Of a stretch of 64,000 nt of DNA, positions 56,744 through 64,000 are shown piece by piece (position 1 is the first letter of the stretch; every line of letters starts with the position of its first letter). This stretch comes from an uncultured Candidatus Rokubacteria bacterium. GTDB lineage: Bacteria > Methylomirabilota > Methylomirabilia > Rokubacteriales > DASRDR01. Position numbers and translations under genes: made by a program. The stretch lies in assembly GCA_963708025.1 (NCBI GenBank), contig CAVPSB010000015.1:288001-352000 (forward strand), read 5' to 3'. Below the pieces are notes generated by a model. That model did no database searches and was not told the DNA's origin. It was given only the letters and a program-made list of their open reading frames with translations.

Positions 56744-57646
56744 GTGAGGGGAGACCGGTCCTTCATCACATTCCTGCTGCTTCCGGCGTTCTTCTTCCTC
56801 GTCCTGTTCTACCTGTACCCGATGGTCTTCAACCTCCAGGTCAGCCTCACCGACCTCAGCCTCTTCGGCCTCCGGCGCGGCGGGCAGTGGGTCGGCCTCG
56901 GCAACTACGTCGAGCTCCTGACCAGCCCGCAGTTCCGCCGGGTGCTCTACAACACGACCGTGTGGCTCTCGCTCGTCGGCGTGTCGATCCGCATCGTGCT
57001 CGGCGTGGCCCTGGCGTTCCTGATCAACTCCGACACGCTCCGGCGGTACCGGCTGCGGACGCTGTTCCACGTCCTGCTGATCGTGCCGTGGGCGACCCCG
57101 CCCATCGTGACGGTGGTCATCTGGCGGTGGATGCTCGATCCGCGGGCGGGGGTCGTCAACAAGCTCCTGGTCGGCTCGGGGCTGGCCGCCGAGCCGGTGG
57201 CCTTCCTCTCCGACACCGGCTACGTGTGGCCGGCGCTGATCACCATCATCACGTGGAACACGCTCCCGCTGGTGACCCTCACCTTCCTGGCGAGCCTCAA
57301 GTCGATCCCGACGGAGATCCTGGAGGCGGCCGCCGTGGACGGCGCCACGAAGGTCCGGAGCGCGTGGCACGTGGTGCTGCCGCAGCTCATGCCGGCGATC
57401 GTCGTGATGACCCTGCTGTCAACCTTCTGGACCTTCAACAACTTCGCGTACGTCTGGCTCACGACGGGCGCCGGGCCGGGGACCTACACGAACGTGATGG
57501 CGACGGAGGTCTACATCAAGGCGTTCGTCGACGGCCGCATGGGATACAGCTCCGCGCTCGGCGTCATCATGGCGGCGATCATGACCGCCTTCGGACTCCT
57601 CTACCTCCGGTTCGTGGTGCAGCGGGAGCTCCGTGAGGTCTTCTGA
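56744..57646 (+). CDS. Carbohydrate ABC transporter permease
   Basis: WVGLGNY, SIPTEILEAAAVDGA, TGAGP. Confidence 0.95.
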   Translation: MRGDRSFITFLLLPAFFFLVLFYLYPMVFNLQVSLTDLSLFGLRRGGQWVGLGNYVELLTSPQFRRVLYNTTVWLSLVGVSIRIVLGVALAFLINSDTLRRYRLRTLFHVLLIVPWATPPIVTVVIWRWMLDPRAGVVNKLLVGSGLAAEPVAFLSDTGYVWPALITIITWNTLPLVTLTFLASLKSIPTEILEAAAVDGATKVRSAWHVVLPQLMPAIVVMTLLSTFWTFNNFAYVWLTTGAGPGTYTNVMATEVYIKAFVDGRMGYSSALGVIMAAIMTAFGLLYLRFVVQRELREVF

Positions 57647-58526
57647 CGCGCCGTTGCGCGAGACGCTGGCGGGGGCCGCGGTCACCGCGCGCCCGCGCGT
57701 CGCGCGCCGTCGCCGCGTGCCGACCCCGGGCGAGGTCCTGATCCTGGCGACGGCGCTGGTGGTGGCGGTGGTGATGCTCTATCCGACCGCCTGGGTCTTC
57801 TTCGCGTCGTTCAAGACCCAGGAGACCCTCTTCTCGGGAGAGTTCGCCCACTACACGCTGCGGAACTACGTCCGGCTGCTCGGCTCCGGCTTCGCGGTCC
57901 ACATCGCCAACAGCCTCGCGATCTGCCTGACCGCCGTCGTCGCGTCGACGTTCGTCTCGGTGATCGCCGCCTACGTGTTCTCCCGGACCCGGTTCCGCTG
58001 GAAGCCGGCGATCTTCGGGGCGGTGATGCTGGGACAGACGTTCCCGTGGATCGTCCTCGTCACCCCCGTCTTCATCCTGTTCGCGCGCCTGGGGCTCCTC
58101 AACAGCTACGTGGGGATGGTGTTCTGCTACATCGCGATCACCATCCCCTTCTCCGTCTACCTCCTGGTCGGCTACCTGGAGTCGGTGCCCCGGAGCCTCG
58201 ACGAGACCGCGATCATCGACGGCTGCCCCCGGTTCCAGGTGATCTGGCGGATCGTCTTCCCGATCATGCTCCCGGGCGTGGTCGCCACCGCCACCTACTC
58301 CTTCCTGCTGTGCTGGTCCGAGTACCTCTTCGCGCTCGCGTTCCTGACGCAGACCGAGATGAAGACGATGCCGCTGGCGCTCTACGCGTTCTTCGGCGAG
58401 CACACCACCGAGTGGGGCCAGGTGATGGCGGCCTCGGCCCTGATCACGCTGCCGACCCTCCTCCTCTTCCTGCCCCTCCAGACGAAGCTCACGGCGGGGC
58501 TGGCCGCCGGCTCCGTCAAGCAGTAG
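57633..58526 (+). CDS. Carbohydrate ABC transporter permease
   Basis: ANSL, VPRSLDETAIIDG, WSEYLFAL, GLAAGSVK. Confidence 0.95.
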   Translation: MRSSDAPLRETLAGAAVTARPRVARRRRVPTPGEVLILATALVVAVVMLYPTAWVFFASFKTQETLFSGEFAHYTLRNYVRLLGSGFAVHIANSLAICLTAVVASTFVSVIAAYVFSRTRFRWKPAIFGAVMLGQTFPWIVLVTPVFILFARLGLLNSYVGMVFCYIAITIPFSVYLLVGYLESVPRSLDETAIIDGCPRFQVIWRIVFPIMLPGVVATATYSFLLCWSEYLFALAFLTQTEMKTMPLALYAFFGEHTTEWGQVMAASALITLPTLLLFLPLQTKLTAGLAAGSVKQ

Positions 58527-58537
58527 GCTCGCGGTCG

Positions 58538-59598
58538 ATGACGTCGCTCGAAACCATCCGAGTGCGCCAGCGCGGCCGAACGCCACTGGCTCGCCTCAGA
58601 GGGACATGGATCAGGCTGGGCACTGCCGCCGCCGTGGTCTTCTGTGCGGGTGTCCTCGTCCTCGCCGCTCCGAACGCCGCCGCCGCACAGCCGGGGGCCA
58701 GGGTCGCCCGGATCGGATACCTGACGGCAGCAAGGGCAGCGCGGGTACCACGCGCCCTCGAAGCGCTCCGGCTCGGGCTGTCGGATCTCGGCTACGTGGA
58801 GGGCCAGCATTACGTCATCGAGGCGCGGGCGGCCGAGGGGCAACTCGACCGTGTGCCCGGCCTGGCCGCTGAGCTCGTCCGGCTCAAGGTCAACGTCATC
58901 GTGGCGGCAGGCCCGCAGGCGGCCATCCCGGCGAGGGTCGCCACTACGACCATCCCCATCGTTCTGGTATTCAGTGAGGACCCGGTGGCCATCGGCCTCG
59001 TCCAGAGCCTCTCGCGGCCGGGCGGCAACGTGACGGGGCTGTCTCACATGAGCGTGGAGCTGGCCGGGAAGCGGCTCGAGCTGCTGAAGGAAGCCGTGCC
59101 CCGGCTGTCGCGCGTGGCCGTCTTCTGGGACTCGACCCTCCCTGAGAAGGTCCTCGAGTTCAGGCAGACCGAGAGGGCGGCCCGGGTCCTCGGGATCCAG
59201 CTGCAGTCCGCGGAGGTGCGCGGGCCCGCTGACCTCGAGCCGGTCTTCGCCGCCATCGTCCGGGAGCGGGCCAGCGCGTTCATCGCCCTGCAGTACCCGC
59301 AACTGGACCCGCTGATGAAGCGGCTCTTGGAGCTGGCGCTCAGGAGCCGACTGCCCGGATTGTGCCCGGGATGGTCGAGGAGGGGTGCCTCATGGCTTAC
59401 GAGGTGAACGGCGCCCAGTTGCTTCGCCGGCAGGTCGCCGGGTACGTGGACAAGCTCTTGAAGGGCGCCAAGGCCGCTGAGCTGCCCGTCCAGCAACCCA
59501 CGGTCTTCGATCTGTCGATCAACCTCCGGACCGCCAGGACGATCGGCCTCACGATCCCGCCGGCGCTCCTCGACCGCGCCGACCGCGTGATCCGGTGA
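58538..59598 (+). CDS. ABC substrate-binding protein (DUF534/TrpX-like), frameshifted about 59365
   Basis: RIGYL, LGYVEG, SLSRPGGNVTG, KRLELLKE; second frame YVDKLLKGAKAAELPVQQPT...INLRTA. Confidence 0.85.
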
Positions 59599-60827
59599 GC
59601 GTCACCCCGACCGCGCGGACGTGCGCCTGTCGCCGTGCCGTGGCATCGTCGAGCGGGTGGGTACCTGCCGACCTCGCGAACCAGCGGCCTGACGCGCTGC
59701 TGGCACCGTCGCACTTCGACCCCGTGGCCGGCAGCCGTCTCTACAACGAGTACCTCCAGCACTACCAGCTCGTCGAGGCCGTCGGCTTCGACGGCATCAT
59801 GCTGAACGAGCACCACAACGCGCCGTTCTGCATGCAGGCCAAGGCGAACATCTTCGCCGCGATCCTGGCCGCCACGACCTCCCGGGTGAAGATCGTGCCG
59901 CTCGGCAACCCGCTGCCGCTCGCCGACAACCCGGTGCGCCTGGCCGAAGAGCTGGCCATGATCGACATGATCTCCCGGGGCCGGCTCGTGTCGGGGTTCG
60001 TCCGCGGCGGCGGCCAGGAGCAGCTCGCCACCGGCGTGAATCCCGCCTACAACCGCGAGCGCTTCGAGGAGGCGCACGACCTCATCGTCAAGGCCTGGAC
60101 GCAGCCCGGGCCGTTTCGCTGGGAGGGCCCGCACTACCAGCACCGCGTCGTGAATCCCTGGGCGCTGCCGCTGCAGAAGCCGCACCCGCGCATCTGGATC
60201 CCCGGCGTCCTCAGCAAGGAGACGGTCGTCTGGGCGGCCCGTCACCGCTACCCCTACATCGCGCTGAGCACGTCGATCGAGGCCACCAAGAAGATCTGGG
60301 CGCTCTACGACGCCACCGCGGCCGAGGCGGGGTACGCCGCCGGGCCGGAGAACCGCGGCTACCTGCAGCGCTGTCACGTCGCCGAGACCGAGGAGAAGGC
60401 CCTGGCCAACGCGCGCCAGTTCATGTGGATGCAGGGCGAGTTCACAGGGCTGGCCCATCCCGTGTGGTCCACCCCGTCCGGCTACTTCTCGCCGTCGAAC
60501 CGGCGCGCGTTCGTCGAGTACGCCGTGGGCCGCCGGGCCAACCCGCGCGGGGTCAAGTTCGAGGATCAGATCCGCGACCAGATGATCATCGCCGGCACGC
60601 CGTCGACGGTGATCCCGAAGCTCCGGCGCCTGCTCGAGGAGACGCGGCCGTCGATCCTGGCCTTCTGGGCGAGCGACGGGTTCGTCGGCGACGAGGACGC
60701 GCGGACGTGCATCCGGCTCATGGGCCAGGAGGTGCTGCCGGCGCTGCGCGAGATCGGCAAGGAGCTGGAGCTGTGGAGCCCGTTCGAGGTGAACGCGCCG
60801 GTGAGCCTGGCGGCCGGCTCCGGCTAG
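59595..60827 (+). CDS. LLM-class flavin-dependent oxidoreductase (N-terminus atypical)
   Basis: GFDGIMLNEHH, PVRLAEELAMIDMISRGRL, PLQKPHPRIW, IAGTP. Confidence 0.88.
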   Translation: MSVTPTARTCACRRAVASSSGWVPADLANQRPDALLAPSHFDPVAGSRLYNEYLQHYQLVEAVGFDGIMLNEHHNAPFCMQAKANIFAAILAATTSRVKIVPLGNPLPLADNPVRLAEELAMIDMISRGRLVSGFVRGGGQEQLATGVNPAYNRERFEEAHDLIVKAWTQPGPFRWEGPHYQHRVVNPWALPLQKPHPRIWIPGVLSKETVVWAARHRYPYIALSTSIEATKKIWALYDATAAEAGYAAGPENRGYLQRCHVAETEEKALANARQFMWMQGEFTGLAHPVWSTPSGYFSPSNRRAFVEYAVGRRANPRGVKFEDQIRDQMIIAGTPSTVIPKLRRLLEETRPSILAFWASDGFVGDEDARTCIRLMGQEVLPALREIGKELELWSPFEVNAPVSLAAGSG

Positions 60828-60862
60828 GCCGTAGCGGGCGCGGCGGCGAGGAGGGAGGTCCG

Positions 60863-62326
60863 ATGGCCGCGTCGAGCGACCGGGTGCGGAACGTCGTGCT
60901 CGTCGTCTTCGACACGCTCCGTCTGGACGCCGTCGGCTCCTACGGCACGCCGCCTCCGTGGGGCGCGATCGCGACGCCGGTCCTCGACGCCTTCGCCCGG
61001 GAGTCGGTCCGCTTCACCCGCGCCTACCCCGAGTCGCTCCCGACGCTCTGCGCGCGCCGCGCGCTCTACACCGGCCAGCGGACCTACCCCTTCCACGACG
61101 GGAACTTCCGCCTGAAGGGCGACTTCCCCGGGGTCGCGCCCGGGTGGGGGCCGATCCCCGAGGCGCAGCACACGCTGGCCGAGATCTTCCAGGCGGCCGG
61201 CTTCCGCACCGGGCTGATCGCGGACGTCTACCACATGTTCAAGCCGTCGAAGAACTTCTGGCGCGGCTTCGACCAGTGGACGTTCATCCGGGGCCAGGAG
61301 ACCGACCCCGCCCGGAGCGGCCCGGCGCCGAGCCAGGCGCTGATCGACCGGTACGTCCCGCGCCGGCTCCAGGACGCGCGGCGCCAGGCACGGGGGCTCG
61401 CGAAGCTCCCGACGGGGATCGACTGGTTCTCGAGCGCGTGTGTCCGCAACATGCACGACCGGGTGCGCGAGGAGCTGTGGTTCAACGCCCAGGTCATGCA
61501 GGAGGCGGCGCGCTGGCTCGAGCAGAACCGGGACGCCGAGCGGTTCTTCCTCACCGTCGAGTCGTTCGATCCCCACGAGCCGTGGTTCGTGCCCGAGCAC
61601 TACCGGACGCCGCTACGACGGCGTCGGAGGGGCCGGAGCAGGTGCTCTCGCCCTACTGCCGAGCTCCCGGATCTCGAGCCGGAGCTGGTGCGGCGCACCC
61701 GGGCGAACTACGCGGGCCTGGTGACGATGTGCGACCGGTGGCTCGGCCACCTGCTGGAGACCCTCCGCGCCCAGGGGCGGCTCGACGACACGCTGGTCGT
61801 CGTCGCCTCCGACCACGGCCACACGCTCTGGGAGCGGCGGGCGTACATCGGCAAGCGCGGCTACCCGTCGGACCCGGAGGTCTACGACGTCCCGCTCCTG
61901 ATCCGCCACCCCGCCGGCCTCGGCGCCGGGACGACGTGCGATGCCTGGGTCCAGCACCACGACCTCGCCGCCTACGCTCCTGGAGGCGGCCGGCACGCCG
62001 CCGCCGGAGCCCATCGCCGGCCGCTCGGTCTGGCGGACGGCCTTCGCCGGCGGCCCGCCGGTCCGCGACCACGTGGTGGTCGGCTGGGGCTCGGCGATGA
62101 CCGTCGTGACCGACCGCTGGTGGTTCAACTGCAAGGCGGACGGGCGGGGCGCCTTCCTGTTCGACCGGAAGCGCGCCGATCCCTTCGGCGAGAACCTGGC
62201 CGACGCGGAGCCCGCCCTCGTCCGCGAGCTGTTCGCCCGCGAGCTGGCGGGTTCCCCGGCTACGTCATGGCGCTGGCCGCGAGCGCCGTCGACGCCCCCG
62301 GCTGCAGCCCCATCGCAGTGGCGTAG
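60863..62326 (+). CDS. Sulfatase-like alkaline-phosphatase-superfamily hydrolase (several frameshifts 61605-62260)
   Basis: NVVLVVFDTLRLD, ATPVLDAFA, FDPHEPW, SDHGH, VPLLIRHP. Confidence 0.85.
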   Translation: MAASSDRVRNVVLVVFDTLRLDAVGSYGTPPPWGAIATPVLDAFARESVRFTRAYPESLPTLCARRALYTGQRTYPFHDGNFRLKGDFPGVAPGWGPIPEAQHTLAEIFQAAGFRTGLIADVYHMFKPSKNFWRGFDQWTFIRGQETDPARSGPAPSQALIDRYVPRRLQDARRQARGLAKLPTGIDWFSSACVRNMHDRVREELWFNAQVMQEAARWLEQNRDAERFFLTVESFDPHEPWFVPEHYRTPLRRRRRGRSRCSRPTAELPDLEPELVRRTRANYAGLVTMCDRWLGHLLETLRAQGRLDDTLVVVASDHGHTLWERRAYIGKRGYPSDPEVYDVPLLIRHPAGLGAGTTCDAWVQHHDLAAYAPGGGRHAAAGAHRRPLGLADGLRRRPAGPRPRGGRLGLGDDRRDRPLVVQLQGGRAGRLPVRPEARRSLRREPGRRGARPRPRAVRPRAGGFPGYVMALAASAVDAPGCSPIAVA

Positions 62327-62398
62327 ACGGGCGTCGCGTCAGCGTGGCCGGGTCCGGTTTGACCCCGATGCCCGCCGCGTCGATGCTACACTGCGTTC

Positions 62399-62665
62399 GT
62401 GGACCCGATCGCCCTGAGGGCCTACCGGGATCGCGCGTGGGCGGTGGCGGAGGACCTGAAGCGGGCGCACTGGGCGCGCGAGTTCGCCGCGCGGGGTCCC
62501 GAGGCGACCGTCCACGCCGCCCACGCGCTCTGGCGGCACATGCGCCTCGTCCGCCCGGACTGGCCCTCGGCGGCTCAGCGCCGCGAAGACTTCGCCCATC
62601 ACGTCCAGCTCAAGCAGCGCATCGACCGCGCCGCCGGTGCCGTCCTCCGCCTCGCCGATCGTTGA
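62399..62665 (+). CDS. Small helical hypothetical protein (possible antitoxin)
   Basis: 88 aa; overlaps the NTase gene; TGcTACACT extended -10 ends 6 nt before the GTG (leaderless). Confidence 0.65.
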   Translation: MDPIALRAYRDRAWAVAEDLKRAHWAREFAARGPEATVHAAHALWRHMRLVRPDWPSAAQRREDFAHHVQLKQRIDRAAGAVLRLADR

Positions 62666-63227
62666 GCTCCTCGCGGAGCTCGGGCCGGCCCTTGCCGCGC
62701 TCGGCGCTCGCTGGTACCTGTTCGGGGCTCAGGCGGCCATCCTCCACGGCGTCGCCCGGCTCACGGCCGACGTGGACGTCACGGTCGATCTCGGCTCCCA
62801 GCCGACGGCCCGGCTCGTCGCCGGTCTGGCCGACGCGGGCTTCGACCTGCGCGTCGCCGACGTCGGCGGGTTCGTCGACGCCACGCGGGTCCTCCCGTTC
62901 GTGCATCGCCGCACGCGCATCCCGGTCGACGTCGTGCTGGCCGGCCCCGGGCTCGAAGAGCTGTTCTTCGCCCGGGCCGAGGAACGGGAGATCGGGAGTG
63001 TTCGCGTGCCGGTCGCATGCGCCGAGGATCTGATCACCATGAAGGTCCTGGCCGGGCGTCCGCGGGACCGGGAGGACGTCGTCGCCATGCTCCGGGCGCG
63101 CGGTGGAGAGCTCGACCTCGAGCGGATCCGGGCCACCCTGGGCCTCCTGGAGAAGGCCTTGGACCAGGCCGACCTCCTCCCCGAGCTGGAGCGCGCCATC
63201 GAGCGCGCCGGACGCGGCCGGTCCTAG
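62637..63227 (+). CDS. Pol-beta-superfamily nucleotidyltransferase (DUF6036/AbiEii-like)
   Basis: LFGAQAA...RLTADVD, VDV, EDLITMK..AGRPRD.ED. Confidence 0.85.
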   Translation: MPSSASPIVELLAELGPALAALGARWYLFGAQAAILHGVARLTADVDVTVDLGSQPTARLVAGLADAGFDLRVADVGGFVDATRVLPFVHRRTRIPVDVVLAGPGLEELFFARAEEREIGSVRVPVACAEDLITMKVLAGRPRDREDVVAMLRARGGELDLERIRATLGLLEKALDQADLLPELERAIERAGRGRS

Positions 63228-63282
63228 CCGGACGTCGAGCCGCGTCCCTGGACGCGTCGAATGAACGCGGTTCCGATCATTC

Positions 63283-63999
63283 TCAGGCGAGCGCTGACGG
63301 GTCCAGCTCGACCCCGAAGCCCGGCGCGTCGGTGGGACGGATCAGCCCCCGCTCGATCCGGGGCTCGCCGCGGAGCCACGTGACCCAGGGCCGCCCGCTC
63401 TCGGCGAGCGGCTCCGGGCTCAGGGCGGCGATCGCGTGGAGGCCCCACACCTCGGCGCCCCGGTGGGGCACGACCCACAGGCCGTGCTCGGCGCCCAGCC
63501 GGAAGATCGCCCGGAGGGGCGTGAGGCCGCCGCACCAAGAGGCGTCCGGCTGGAGGATCTGGTGGGCGTGGCGCGCGATCACCTCCCGGAAGCCCTGCGC
63601 CCCGCACTCGTGCTCGCCGCCGGCGATCGGAATGGGCGAGCGGCGGCAGAGCTCCGCGTAGCCGTCCAGGTCGTCGGGCGAGAGCGGCTCTTCGATCCAG
63701 CGCACGTCGTGGGCCACGAACGCGTCCGCCAGTCGCAGTGTGGTCGCCAGGTCCCACTCGAGGAACGCGTCCACGTAGAGCGCGATCTCCGGGCCGAGCC
63801 GCTCGCGGGCCCGGCGCACTACGTCCACGTTTGCGGCGAAGCCCGGGGAGGGCCGCGGCATGTGGAGCTTCACGTGGCGGAAGCCCCGCTCGGCCTCGTC
63901 GCCGACCTCGTGACCAATCGAGGCGTAGGCGAGGATCGCGGGGTTCCGGAGTCCCCCGAGGAGCGCGTAGACGGGCTCCCCGGCGACTTTCCCCGCGAG
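63283..63999 (-). CDS. Mandelate racemase/enolase-superfamily protein (5' truncated by window edge)
   Basis: PVYALLGG, VKL, YVDA, WIEEPL, PIAGGEHE, QPD, PGFGVE. Confidence 0.92.
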   Translation of the reverse strand, partial: LAGKVAGEPVYALLGGLRNPAILAYASIGHEVGDEAERGFRHVKLHMPRPSPGFAANVDVVRRARERLGPEIALYVDAFLEWDLATTLRLADAFVAHDVRWIEEPLSPDDLDGYAELCRRSPIPIAGGEHECGAQGFREVIARHAHQILQPDASWCGGLTPLRAIFRLGAEHGLWVVPHRGAEVWGLHAIAALSPEPLAESGRPWVTWLRGEPRIERGLIRPTDAPGFGVELDPSALA

Positions 64000-64000
64000 G

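Overview
High-GC bacterial chromosome segment. The gene content (many NitT/TauT, peptide and DUF534-like ABC binding proteins, a diderm-type dcw cluster followed by pgeF-yggS-proC-yggT-divIVA-yggU) suggests Candidatus Rokubacteria/Methylomirabilota; this is inference. Housekeeping blocks are the dcw cluster (mraZ to ftsZ, lacking murG and ddl), mtnA, a class V aminotransferase-serA-hisZ-purA block, and upp. Accessory genes include ABC transporters, an IlvD/Edd dehydratase, an AceE-like TPP enzyme, a bactofilin, a cupin, AlkB, an LLM oxidoreductase and a sulfatase-like enzyme. Main observations: (1) a dispersed structured repeat family whose stems show compensatory changes between copies, usually starting 1-3 nt after a TAG stop and carrying a variably placed GGCC-TTC-GGCC mini-hairpin module that expanded to about 16 tandem 21-bp units between murB and ftsQ; (2) a DUF4178 / extended spermidine-synthase-like / FemAB-type ligase / DUF350 operon; (3) a low-GC three-gene cassette with a DUF5678-like protein and a retropepsin-type protease; (4) a G-U-rich rod-shaped RNA leader before the bactofilin gene; (5) two 74-bp-period stop/start duplications in dcw; (6) apparent ATT and ACG start codons; (7) a MurB with Phe at the catalytic Ser position. 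Several frameshifts, including in essential ftsI, indicate residual assembly errors, so single-base observations need read-level checks. No rRNA, tRNA, transposase or CRISPR array was seen.
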